DNA of 63,582 nucleotides, counting the filler, from Octopus bimaculoides (taxonomy: Eukaryota): assembly GCF_001194135.2 (NCBI RefSeq). It is 6 parts of 6 records of this genome, joined end to end, with 100 filler letters (N's around TTAATTAATTAA, not from the genome) between each part and the next. Parts side by side here need not be neighbours in the genome. Positions count along the whole stretch, not along the records: positions 1 to 23,419 come from NC_068987.1; positions 23,520 to 30,933 come from NC_068989.1; 4 more parts are not named here. One strand, written 5' to 3'. This document shows positions 14,050 to 27,050 of the stretch, piece by piece. The translations under genes and the position numbers were made by a program. How positions within the stretch are numbered: the first letter of the stretch is position 1; every line of letters begins with the position of its first letter. The notes beneath the pieces are model-generated. The model did not search any database, was not told the origin of the DNA, and was given only the letters and a program-made list of their open reading frames with translations.

Positions 14050-15090
14050 ATGGAAAAGAAATGGAGAACTTCAGAATGAATGGAAATTCGAAAAATTTAG
14101 GAAGAAGTATGGTGTAGATACATAAGGCGTCAATGTTGTAATTGAAGAACTGAAACAGCACATACATGCCAAAAAAGCAATGCTAACTAGGTTTGAACAA
14201 CGCATTAAGCAATACCAGCAAAAGAAATTGCTTAAAGAGACCAAAGGCGATTTTACCAAGAGATTAATGACAGTAAAAAACGTGAAAGATTAGTCCCTGA
14301 TACTGATAAAAGTCGATTTTTCTGGGGTAAGATATGGAGTAAGCAAGAACAACATAATACTACAGCTGAATGGCTCTGCAGCCTGAAGCAAACAGCTTCA
14401 TATCCCCAGCAAGAGACTATTCACTTCACAGAAGACAGTATCAGAAATATGAGTTAAAAGAATAAGCAATTGGAAAGCAGCAGGACCTGATGGTGTACAG
14501 GGATTTTGAATGAAAAAAAGTTCAGCAATTGCCATAAATTGATCGCAGAGAAATTCAATGCATTGATCAACGGAGAAGAAGAGATCCCGGGCTGGTTGAC
14601 AAAAGTACGAACGGTGTTGTGCCTGAAGGATGCATTAAAGGGAAATGCTGACAATTACAGACCAATTTCCTGCCTCTCGTTAATGTGGAAGTTACTGTCA
14701 GGAGGAATTGCAGAAGAACAGTATAAATTTCTTAATGAGAACGATATATTACCACCAGAACAAAAAGGCTGTAGAAGGAGATGTAGAGGTACCAAAGATC
14801 AAATATTGATAGACAAAATGGTAATGCAAGATTGTGAACGAAGAACAGATCTGGGAATGGCCTGGATTGACTATCGCCAAGGTTATGATATGGCTCCACA
14901 TTCGTGGATCATTGAGTGCTTAGATCTTTTTGAAATTGTTTCCTGAAGAGAAGTATGGTAGGATGCAAAACTGAACTGACATCTTATGGAAAAAGCTTGG
15001 GCACCCTGGGTATCAGAAGAGGGATTTTCCAGGGTGACAGCCCATCTCCGTTGATTTTCGTTCTCTGCATGATACCCCTATCCTTGGTAC
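14050..15090 (+). mobile_element. R4/Dong-like LINE internal RT fragment
   Basis: [56 protein letters not shown], RGIFQGDSxSPLxF. Confidence 0.85.
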
Positions 15091-18000
15091 TTGGTTGGCA
15101 GTCTGTCTAGGAGAAGAAACACTCTGATTTAAAACTGGAGTAGATAGGACTCCTTGGTAACAATGGTAACAACCTGTCAGTGTCCAACGACTCCATGAGG
15201 ACGAATGAACCGCGAATCAGGACTTAATTCTCGAGCAATATTTGGATGAAGATACGAGACCAACTGACGCTCACCTGTCTCCTAGTGAGAATCATGATCA
15301 TGAAACCCAACACACAAATGCAAAGGGAACAGGCCCAACTTATGGGTTGTAAGAACTCTGCAGTCTTGGTTGACAATCTTACTAGAGATACTGTCTCGAT
15401 AAAAACACCGGTTGGTGGCTAACCGTAAAACACAAAACTCATTGTTGAGTGAAAATGTCTAATACAAATGTATCAAATAACGATGTTAATGAGGCTGGAA
15501 CTAAAGGTGAAAGCCTTTCGTCCGGCAGGTGCCCTGTGGTTGAGCAGCATAGGCCCGGTCATCATCAAGAGACTGCTTGTACACAAAGCCAGAGGCAGAG
15601 AAGAAGGTGGGATAAGGAGGCAAACCGAACGGTAATTGAATGCTGGATCAGGGGTAAAAGCAGGAGAAGGGGATTCCGACTAAGAATGAAAGCAAGATAG
15701 AAGGAAATAGGACTCTTCGAAATAAGTGAGCAACAGTAAACCGATCAGACAAGAGCAATAAGAACAAAAGGGTGGTTAATAGACATGGAAATTGAAGCGA
15801 TAAAAAGGAAAGTAGAAAATAGAAATAATACTTTACCAACAGATATTTTGTCCAGTGAGAACAGAAAAATGAATGGTGGCAGTGAAGACGTAGAGCAAAG
15901 TGTAAATGTAAATGTATTCTCAGCAAATTAAGCAGAAATAAGAGGAAGAGTTATAGCACAAGAATACGATGATGACCAACAAGGTATAGTGGCGATGCTG
16001 AGCCGACATATGAGAGAAAACCAGGATCAAGCCCCCACCCCTGATCTGAGGTACATTGATCGACGCAAGCTGAAAGTTGAAACCGAAAAGATAGATTCGG
16101 TCCTTGGGCTATTCCAGACGAGAAATATAACCGAAACTAACAAGGTTATTTGGGCTGCAGCTATGGTTGCTGCAGATAGAGTTGGATACGAAAGAAGTGA
16201 ACAAACAGAACGTAAAGAGCCATTCTGGCGTAGACGAATTTGTGAGAAACAAAGTTAAAAAGACATTTAGATTGAGTAGAGGAAAATTGCAGAACGAAAG
16301 CATAAGAATAATGTTGGAAAGAACATAAGAATAAGAGATAAAGGGTACGATGTGATACTTGAAGAATTGAAACAGAGTAGTAGTAATCAAAGCAAAACTG
16401 GAAAGATGTGACAACAGAACAAACAAAACAATTCAGGCAAAACAGATTGTTTGAAGCCAATAAGAAGAAACTGTTTCAGGAACTATATGGACAATTACAC
16501 GGAATAATGATACCAGATGCAGAGGAAAGCTAGGCATTCTGAAGAGGGATATCGGACCAACCTATAGAGCATAATGAAGAAGCGGAGTGGCTGCATGAAA
16601 TCCAAGATAGGTTAAGAAATATAGAAGGTCAAGAAGGCAAAGATAACTACAGGAATGATAAAAAAGCAGTTAAAAAATTCCCAAATTGGAAGAGCCCAGG
16701 ACTAGATGGCGTCCAAGGTCATTGGATGAAGAAGCTGAGAGGGCTCCATGAAAGGATAGCGTAACAACTAGATGAGTGTTTGCAGAAAGGCGCAGTACCC
16801 AGCTGGATGACAAAGGGAAAGACAGAGTTGTGTGCCAAGGCTCCTGAAAAGGGAAATGCTGCATCCAACTTTAGACCAATAATATGCCTTCCGCTAAGGT
16901 GGAAACTAACGTCAGGTACGATGGCCGGTGAACTGTATAGATATCTGGAAAACAGTGGGCTGCTACCTATTGAAAAGAAAGTATGCTGAAAGAGAAGTCG
17001 GGGAACGAAGGATCAGCTCTTAATTGATAATCTAATAATCAAGAACTGCAAGAGAAGACACATAAACCTTAGCATGGCATGGGTTGACTATCGTAAAGCA
17101 TACGATATGATACCACACTCCTGGATAATAAAAGCAATGGTAATGTATGGAGTAGCAGAAAATATGAGAAGCCTTATATGGAACAGCATGAAATGGTGGA
17201 GAACGGAATTGACAGCAGGGAATCAGGTATTAGGAGAGATGAAAATCAAGAGAGGTATCTTTCAGTGGGGAGTGTGCCCCCACTGATATTCGTGCTGGGA
17301 ATGATCTTGTGTGAAATACTACAGAAAATAAAGTTGGGGTATGATCTGGGAAGAGGTAAGGGAAAACTGAACCACTTGCTATTCATGGATGACCTGAAGC
17401 TATTCACAAAAACTGAAGCAGAACTGGACAGCCTAGTCCAGTCAGTGTGGATTTTCTCCAATGATATTAAGATGGAGTTTGACTATCAAAATATGCTTCT
17501 GTGGTGAGCCGAGGAAAGCTTCTCAAAACAGATGGCATATGGTTGCCAAGTGGTGAAATGATGAAGGCAATTCAACTTCAATCCAGCTATAAATACCTGG
17601 GAATACTTTAGGCAGATGGAGTCAAACACAATGGCATGAAGGAAAAGACAAAATGAGAGTAACTGCGGCGAGTGAGAAAAATATTGACTTCAAAGCTAAA
17701 TGCCAGTGACATAATTTCGGTAATAAACTCGCGCGCAATCGCAGTAGTTCGGTATGGCGCTGGAATCCTGAAGTAGACAGAAGAGGGACTAAAGGAGATG
17801 GACAGGAAGTCAAGAAAGCTTCTAACGATGGTGCCCATCATCCACATGCTGACACTAATTGCCTATATACGAAGAGAGCAAATGGAGGAAGAGGACTGAT
17901 AAGTGTGGAAGACTGCGTGCGTATCGAGTTCGAGAGTTTAATGAGATACCTCGTCCAAAGTAAGGAAACCTTCCTAGTAACAGTTAGGAACGAGGGAGTA

Positions 18001-18912
18001 TTGAAAGCAAAGAAAAAAAGGAAAAACAAAGGAAGAATTGCAAAAAGGATATGAAGAAGAATTACGCAAGAAGGGAATATACAATCAATTCAATGCAACC
18101 ACAACAGAAGTTGCTGGAAAAAATAGGTGGGATTGGCTGATGAAAGGTACACTAAAGAAAGAGACCGAGAGCACTATACTGGCAGCACAAGATCAAACTT
18201 TGGCTACGAACTGGAGGGTCAATCTTAGGAATGAGCAAGTGTCTCCATTGTGCCGCATCTGCAATAGAGTAGATGAAACCATTGCCCATATCATGAACGA
18301 ATACCCTAGACTTGCCCCAAACCACTACAAATTGTGGTGACAAGATCAGGTAGCGGAAGTGCTATACCGGAAACTGTGCGAAAAGTGGGGGCAAGAGAGA
18401 GGCAAGACGTGGCATGAGCACAAACCGCAGACAGTGGCAGAGTTGGAGACAAGCAAAATCCTCTGAGATTTCCCAATCCAAACAGATCAGGTGCTAGAGC
18501 ATAACAGACCGGACCCAGTGGTGGTGGAGAAGGTGCACCACATATGCTGTATAGCTGAAGTTGCTTTCCCTTTTGACCCACGAATAGTCAAGAAGGAAGG
18601 CGAAAAGATAAATCCTCTTAAGTACGAAATAGCCCGGTTATGGAAAATGAAGAAGGCGAAGATAATTCTAATTATTGTTGGGTCCTTGGGAACAGTATCA
18701 GAAGGCATCAAGAGGAATATAGAGAAAATTGGAATAGAGTGCCCAGTAAGACTGTTACAAGAGGTTTGGTTCTTTGGCACGACCAGAATAATCAGGAAAG
18801 TATTAGACAGCTGAACAGAACGAATAGCATGGTACCGTAGACTGCAGGTAGTAAGCCCGCTACGCACGTAAGACTCCAGGAGCTCCAACATGATCTGTGA
18901 TAAAGAGAAATA
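15090..18912 (+). mobile_element. Near-full-length R4/Dong-like non-LTR retrotransposon (single ORF: N-terminal region, RT, CCHC, RLE), pseudogenised
   Basis: ATG at 15455; RRRWDKEANRTVIECW (R4-type N-terminus); KEPFWRRR; [16 protein letters not shown]; HLLFMDDLKL; GGRGL; LKKETESTILAAQDQ; CRICNRVDETIAHI; HNRPD...AEVAFPFD (PD-(D/E) nuclease). Stop at 18814, then a 3' UTR running into AAT repeats. Many stops and frameshifts. Confidence 0.92.
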
Positions 18913-19981
18913 ATAATGATATTAATAATCCTTTCTACTGTAGGCACAAGGCTTGAATATTTGGGGGAGGGGACTTGTGCACATATGGTTGCGATGCATG
19001 TGCCTCGTGTACCCTTATCAGAAGGGTAGTCATGATGGGTATATAAGGCTTCGTATATTTTACCCCAATGTCACTTTGATGACATGCACTGCTCTCTCAC
19101 TCAGTAATGATAATAAAACTTGACATACCTGCCGATATCCAAGCCCGAATCAATAGTTTTCATTCCATTTGTTTCTGCTGAAGCAGCTGATCGTTGAATA
19201 TAATTTTTCGTTGTTGCCATCGTTGGTATTTATTTCCGAAAGCTTTCTTGTTATTACTGCAATTCTTTTTTTTATTGGCTATAAAATGAAATAGAGACAA
19301 AAAACTGAATCTCATTACTTATTCCTAATATTGCTTCACATTTTAATACAAGTACAGTAATTTCGGGAGGTGGAGTAAGTCGATTACATCGACCCCAATC
19401 ATCAACTGGTACTTATTTTATCGACCCCGAAAGAATAAAAGGCAAAGTCGACCTTGACGGAATTTCACTGATTCCTGATTTTACTACTGAATATTGACTT
19501 CAAAGATGGTCTGATGTGATTTGCTGGCTGCTACTTCTAGCATAAGATCTGAGCCTGTAAATACACTCACACTAAATCCACTTTCCCTGAAGTTATTTGT
19601 TAATGTGTCAAAGCTGCTTGAACAACAAGAAAAATTTTCTATGTTCTATAATTTTAGTTTTTTATTCTCGTATAAAATGTACTGTTTCAACATGTTATAT
19701 ACTATTCCAAAAAGCAAGTAAAATGTTACAACATATTGACATAAATTTCACCCAATCTCCGGTTATTTTGAATAATTAAGTAAAAAAATATTAGCCGTCG
19801 TTTATAAAGCATTTAACAAGTTAGTTTAACGAAGTTGCATAAATATTTATCGAAAAATATTTTATAGAAACTTTATTACTTATTATTTTATTAGAAAGAA
19901 TTTTGGTAAGTATTGAGAGTAAGAAAACCCCTCCAAGCCTTCAACAATTTAGAATTTGATTCCGAAATATGTCTTTTAGAA

Positions 19982-20240
19982 CAGTGGTTCCCAAACTTTT
20001 AGGCTTGGTTCTAAGGTCACATTCCTCGTGCACCCCTTCACCATTACAGACATAGATCATTTTCTGCAGCAAATTCAAAACAGTATTTCACAAATAAAAC
20101 TTAATCTAATTAACCTTTTATTTTTTTTTCACATCTATTACCCCGTTTTGGTCACCCCATTATCATCCCATTTTTCTTCACCACCCCCAGATCTTTCCAC
20201 CGCTCCATGGGGGCAGTACTGCCCACTTTGGGAACCACTG
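19982..20240. mobile_element. hAT (Charlie-type) MITE, 259 bp
   Basis: TIRs CAGTGGTTCCCAAA / TTTGGGAACCACTG. 8-bp flanks TTTTAGAA and CTTTAGAT match at 6/8, consistent with a decayed hAT TSD. Confidence 0.85.
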
Positions 20241-20579
20241 CTTTAGATGTTAAATGTCTTAAAAGTTCTCTCATATACTATGAAAAGGATCTCTTCAAGG
20301 ATCCCTTGAATTATCCGTTAAAAAAAAGATATTGGGGACTGCGTTGATGCATCTAATATAGCGTCTTTGCAGTTAAATGCTGTTAAATGCCGTGTGCTAG
20401 AATATGTTACAGACAATAGGCAATAAGAATTTAGATATTGTCATAGGTTTATTGCTTATTTCAACGATAGAAGATACCAACGGAACCATTTTACACATAA
20501 AATTTGTAACATACCAGTGTACCCGTTGGATTGCATCAATCAAAATTTCAGTGGATATATTCCCATTAAATGCTCCTAT

Positions 20580-22260
20580 CTATATGTTGTTACACAATGA
20601 ATAGGGCTTACCTCTCTTGCGGCTGTTTTTCAAAGTACAGCGTGCAGATACTCCAATGTTAATTTTCTTGAAGTTAGAAGTAGAGGGTAATAGTTCTCTT
20701 ATATTTTTATTCCGTCTGAAGGCTACAATAGGTGGATGAGGAAATATTTGTTTGAAACGAGAATATTTTCCTGCAACATGCTGGTAACTTTCATGCAACA
20801 CTTTTGAAATGCCAGCGAAATTTCGGTGCCAGTTAATCACTAAAAGAATTCTGTCACATATTGTATTATGTTTGCTAAAATTATGTGTGAAGGTTTGACT
20901 CTTTGCTATTTGCTATTTCCTTTAATCGTGATTCACTGTAACCGCGTTTGACATAATGGTATACAAAAGTATTTGCATGTTTCCAGTAAGCCCTTATGTT
21001 AGTACAAATCCATTTTATCTTAAAAAATTGGGATTTGACCGAATTATATGATGTGGATGATCGGAGCGGCGGTGAAGGTAAATGTGGTATGGTGTGGGTT
21101 TGCAAAATAACTCTATCACTATTCTACCTCCAGAAAACTTAACTTTTGTGCCCAAAAATTCAACGCTAGTCTTTGAAAAACTAGACGTAAATTTTATGTT
21201 AGACTTAAAGCCATAGTTTTTAGTATAACAGCCATAAAAATGCAACAAGTCAATTATACTATCCTGTGATCCTTTCCAGACAAATAAGACGTCATCAATG
21301 AACCGTAACCAGAGTATTGGTTCATGACCATGTAGGGATTTGAATGTCTTCAGTAACTTTGTCTTAAATTTCTTCATGAAAACATTAGCAAAATTAACTG
21401 CTATTCGGGTACCCGTGGCGCAACCTCTCGACTGGTGGTAAAGTTTTTGTCCTAAATTCACTGTTACTTTGTAACACAAACTTCAATAATCTACAGAGAA
21501 AATTTGGTGCAATACTTTTGTTTGACCGTCTTTCGAAGGCATTCACGCAGGATTCTACCTCTTCATCGTGACAAGTATTGGGATATAAGGAAGAAACATC
21601 CGCGGTTACCNNNNNNNNNNNNNNNNNNNNNNNNNNNNNNNNNNNNNNNNNNNNNNNNNNNNNNNNNNNNNNNNNNNNNNNNNNNNNNNNNNNNAAACAG
21701 TTTTCTACATGGCTTCTGTGCTTAAAAAAGTTGTTAATTTTAGATTCAAAATCAAAAGTATCTCGAATAGGAACTTGATCTTTGTGCGACAGGGAGTAGA
21801 AAACCATCCAGCCCCTCCGAAATTTTGGCTGTACAGCATTCATATCCGCTGCAAATTGGGCGCATTGGAGCTAATCTTTCCAGCTTTGTGTATTTTAGGG
21901 AGACCATAAAATACAGGTGTTTTTCTTTTTGGCCGTAAAATCCTGGATTCGGCCTTATTAATGAAATTGTTTGTCTCAATTGCCAGAATTATTTTGTCAA
22001 GTTCCTCTCTGTAATTGGGGTTTGGATCGACAGGTAATTCTTCACGTGAAGTTTTGTCACTTAAAACTTCTTCACAAACCGAAATACACCCACTTTTATC
22101 CATAATTACAATAGCACTTCCCTTATCCGCCATTTTAATAACAATAGAATCGTTATTGGCTAGACGTCGGAGTGTGTAACGATGGAAATTTGTGAGGTTA
22201 TTCCAGAACTTCTTTCCACTTCTTTTAAAGCTTTCTCTAATGCCTGTCTGACAGGGCAAA
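20580..22260 (-). mobile_element. Penelope-like element (Neptune-like) RT/thumb/linker, decayed; no GIY-YIG visible
   Basis: MADKGSAIVIMD, FYGLPKIHK, MRPICSG, VTADVSSLYPN, GCATGTRIAVNFANVFM, WLRFIDD, KPT..HIYLHRRSDHP, PPIVAFRRNKNIRELL. Confidence 0.88.
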
Positions 22261-23519
22261 CTTTAAAACAAGTGAAAAGAAGTCCTGGAACGGTCAAAAG
22301 AACTGTATCTCGGAATTTAGTTGGTAAAATGTTGATTAAGATTGATAAAAGTTAAAATAGGTATTTTTGTTTTGGACTAATTACAGACAGGTTGATGTTT
22401 TCTGACAAAAAGAAAATGGAGTATTCCTGACGTCCACGTCCTTTCAAAGGGTAATAGTTCAAATTGAAGTTAATTAATCTCACTGGAGAATCGAAACCGA
22501 GTCGTTATCGCAAATATGACCTCTACTCCGAGCTAGCCACCTCTACTCATTTGCCCTGACTCACTAGTTTCTCTGCTTCTCATCGTCCTAGTTGTGTCTA
22601 ACACCCTCACACTCTGCACCAACTACTGCGCGTAATCTTTCCTTCCCAGAACCTCAACTCTGCAAATTCCATCTGCACGTGCTTTTCCTGATTTGATTAA
22701 TATTCTACTTTTCCAAGTAGAGTATTAACGATATCAATCTCAGTGGTCTTGGAGAGAATATGAAGGCCATAGATTATTGCCTTTTTCTTCAGATTTAACT
22801 GATTAAAAATATTTATCCCTTACTCAGCAGTGTTTGTTAAATAGAATATGTTGTTTCTTTCAAGGAGCAGAATGACACTGTAAGAATGGAAATGGCTGAG
22901 TGAAAGGTAGGCAGTTCGCATTCTACCATCCATCAGAATTGCTTTGAATACGCTGCTTATATACAGACCATTTCATGTTGCTGCAAATAGACATCACAAC
23001 ATAAGAACAACTCACCGCTATAAGTAGCGGCGACACTGCGAAATCGATTCATTTTTTCTTAGTTTACATTATTGAATTCAGCTATGATACGTGTATCTGT
23101 GTGTGTGTGTCTGTGTGTGTCTGTGTGTGTATGTGTGTGTGTGTGTGTGTGTGTGGGTGTGGGTGCATGTAGCCTACAGAGAGTGTCTCACTCAGTAACA
23201 TCAATAATTCAATTTCTGTGTGTGTACAACCTCTTGAGAGATGAACTTTGCCGCACTAATTTTCCTCAGATACGGTACACAATGTGAAGACGAAATCATC
23301 AATGATTGTCCAACAACAAAGTAGATTACAGAACTCACCATATTTTAATATATTTTAAACGAGCTTAAAATGGAAGATAGTGATGCCATAAATCCCGGGT
23401 AAAAATGAGCCTATACTCGNNNNNNNNNNNNNNNNNNNNNNNNNNNNNNNNNNNNNNNNNNNNTTAATTAATTAANNNNNNNNNNNNNNNNNNNNNNNNN
23501 NNNNNNNNNNNNNNNNNNN

Positions 23520-23581
<62 letters not shown>

Positions 23582-24066
23582 TGTATGTACATACACAAGG
23601 TGTGTATGGCTTTGTGTTTTCGGTGTTGCAGTTACGATCATGGTTTCAATTTCTGGATCGGGTAGTGCATTGTGGTATTCAGCTAAAAACTTCGTGCTCT
23701 GCGATCACATCGACACCTGAGGAGTGGTACACTGAGTACCAGTTCAAGCAACGTCGATTTGGTGGAGGATTAAACTAATGTGCTGCACGAACATTTGATC
23801 ATTATAAACAAATCATTTGTCCAGATTGTTTGGCAAAGCATGGCAGAACCGTTTCTCTTGGACTACGAGAGACTACTACCATTATCATATATACACACAC
23901 ACATACATACATATATACACATGTATGCACACATGCTGTCAAGGGATGTAACCGCCCCATAACCGACTCGAGGATCTCCGTACTAGATCTAGTTTCGCCT
24001 GTACTCTAGGCATCGTCAGTGAGGACTACTCGAACGGTGCATGATCGGCTAATTCCCTCTGCCAGT

Positions 24067-24112
<46 letters not shown>

Positions 24113-24115
<3 letters not shown>

Positions 24116-24890
24116 GTAAAAGTCGAATATTTTAGAACATTTTTTAATGTCAAATTTATGGGGTCGACTATTACATGGATATTACTTTTGAGGGGCTGAA
24201 ATTCAAGCTAGAATACGAAGCATCGTATCAGCAGCAGAAAACCAACTGATTTGTAAGCGAATAAAAACAAAAACAATGTATTACAGTAGTATTACCAATT
24301 CTATGCATCGAAACTCACATCCTAGTAAAATATAAAGGTCGCGTGGGAGCCACTGATCTAGCGATTAATTGAATGTTTTTAGGCTTGCCAAAAGTCATGC
24401 CTTTGTACGAATTCAGACAACTGCGTTTGCCAGTGTTCGCCAATAGTGCTGTCTCACCATGGAAATAACGAGTCTCATCATGTTTCTCACCATGTAAACA
24501 ATGAGTGTATGACACATGTGTTTATTGTGCTTGAAGAAGTATACAGGCTTGCAGCATTTCCTGTGCATACATTTTAGTAATGGTGATGTAGCACCCATCA
24601 GCAGATGTGTAGTGCTCGCTATTAAATGGTGTTTTACTATAGGCACCGAGCATTCCATTATAAGGGCCAAGCATCCACCTATATAGTAGGCTACAATAAG
24701 GTAGCCACACAATTTTCTAACAGTGTTATTTCTACGTACAGGATAATACGGTACCTTGACCCACAAATATTGTCCTGTTTTTCGTGAAATACCAGGGTCG
24801 ACTTTTATATGGGTCTATGGAAAATTCCCAATTTTTTGGCTAAAAATAAGTGTGGTCGTCTTTTACATGAGATCGACTGTCCTCGTATAC
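24113..24890. mobile_element. Possible pogo/Tigger-type non-autonomous DNA transposon
   Basis: Termini ACCGTAAAAGTCGAATAT...GGGGTCGACTATTACATGG and GGGTCGACTTTTATATGG...GATCGACTGTCCTCGTATAC resemble pogo-type ends. The interior is not recognised. Confidence 0.35.
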
Positions 24891-24930
24891 ACATATATAT
24901 TCATACATTAAAGATTTATTCATGAGTGAT

Positions 24931-24992
<62 letters not shown>

Positions 24993-25264
24993 ACCCCTCC
25001 TTTCATTCTCCAATTATCGGACACACCTACGGAGAGAGCCTGTCTAGACAAGGTCGCTCGACCAGTTAGAAATAATAATCAGATTCTTTCATATCACATT
25101 CCACTGTCTTAAAAATTAGGATGGAAACATTGGACAATGTAGTCCTAGATATAAATCTACAAAAACATGGGATGGTCATAGTTGGAATACGTTTGACTAT
25201 TGGCCCTCTCACTCTGAGAAAACATATGACTAAACAGCAAGAACAACAGCATATGCATCAGTAA

Positions 25265-25480
25265 TTACTTTCAGATTTTGGCACAAGGCCAGCAAGTTCG
25301 AGGTAAGGGGTAAGTCGATTACATCAACCTCAGTGCTCAACTAGTACTTATTTTATCGGCCTCGAAAGGGATGAAAGGCAAAGTCAACCTCGGCGGAATT
25401 TGAACTCAGAACATAAAGACGGACAAGATGATGCTAAGCATTTTGCCCAGCGTGTTAACGATTTTGCCAGCGATTCTGCT
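25265..25480 (-). mobile_element. SINE family A copy
   Basis: Contains GATGAAAGGCAAAGTCAACCTCGGCGGAATTTGAACTCAGAAC and the GGCACAAGGCC tail. Confidence 0.85.
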
Positions 25481-26194
25481 TTATATACATCAGTAATTAT
25501 ATTTCATTTGCTGCTTACAAGTTATAAATCTACTGTCATTCATATTCCAGCTTCTTAAAACTTATGGGTGTTGCTATAGTTATTAAAAAATGTTTGTCTT
25601 TTTTTGTTTTTCGTCTAATTGAACTTAACCAACCCTAAAACGAAGTCACTTGTCACAGAGGAAGCTTTGTAGGTAGGTATTTTACTTGCGAGAAAATAGC
25701 AACCAAACCAAATCTTTGTCTATCTGACTGACTTGCTGTCTCTGTACTCTCCCCCCTCTCTCTCTCTCTTTCTCTCTCAAATGACACATTCTAGTTTCAA
25801 GAAAAAAAAAAGTGGGAGAAAGACGTATTGAATAATGATTGTAATCTGCGATAAACAACTTTGTAAGAAGTGAAAAAAAAAAATGTCGGGATGGGCTCGA
25901 ATAAAATGCCTTTGTTGAAATGCGATCGATCGGGGTTAACTTGTGCGTGAACAACATTGACGACAGTGGTGACGATGACACACACGCACACACACACACA
26001 TATATATTTTAATTTCCTTTTAGTCAGGAAGGAAGGCAGAGCCCGCGACAATTTACAGAGCTTCTGAGACTGATGGTAAGTAGAGAGGAAAGGGTCCTCA
26101 AACCGGAAACCCGGTGGAATGGATTTCACTAAAGGTGCCCCAGGTGGTGGTCTTCATCCAGGCGACGGGTTGGGTCTACCAGCCAAAAGGGCCG

Positions 26195-26410
26195 TGGCTG
26201 TTTTCAAATTTCGGCACATGGCCAGCAATTTAGGGTTGGAGACAAGTCGATTACATCGAGCTCACTGTTCAACTTATTTTATCGACCCTGAAAGGATGAA
26301 AGGCAAAATCGACCTCGGTAGAATTTGAACTCAGAACGTAAAGGCGGACGAAATGCCGCTAAGCATTTTATCCGGCGTGCTGAACGGTTCTGCTAGCGCA
26401 CCGCCTTATT
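26195..26410 (-). mobile_element. SINE family A copy (opposite-strand partial copy at ~26455-26555)
   Basis: Same body motif as the other family A copies. Confidence 0.8.
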
Positions 26411-27050
26411 CGTTAAATTTATATAAAACTATTTAAAAAGCGTCCAGCTGGAAGTGTCGTTTGTACATCTTCATGTTGTGAGTTCAAATTCCGCCGAGGT
26501 AGACTTACTCGCTTTCCCGAAATAACTGGTCATGTGCCAAAATTTGAAACCAATATATTGATATGTAGATAAAGCTTTATATGTTACTGTGCTCTTTTCT
26601 TAATGAAAGTGGGGTGGTGGAAAACTTCACGATCAAGTAGTCCTTATTATTTGCATCCCTAATTTTTATGTTGATTGACGCAGGCATTGTAGTGTGGTTA
26701 AGAAGTTCGTTTCAGAACCTCGCGGTTAGGGTTTCGGTCCCATGCTGTAGGCCGACCAGTACCTTTTGAGTGCAAATGGTGGGCACAAGAAGCCTGTCAT
26801 GTATGTATGTATGTATGTATGTATGTGTGCGTGTGTGTGTGTGTTCGTGTTTCCCGTTTTTCACGCATGTCTGCTGTTTCTGTAAACGAGGGCATCACTG
26901 CTTATACAGGTGCTTGCAGTCCACCGCGAACGCATGTCTGGGCTTCTCGATATACAGCCCTATCTTTGTAAACAAAAGGTGCATTCGAACGGTGTCGTTT
27001 GTTTCCAGTTCTCCAGTGCTCTACGTAATTATGTCCCTTCTGTTTGTTGC

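Noticed and set aside
23464-23475. TTAATTAATTAA islands inside N runs (also 30978-30989, 46249-46260, 56683-56694, 60522-60533)
   Set aside because: An identical 12-mer with stops in all six frames, always isolated between Ns: an artificial scaffolding linker, not biology.
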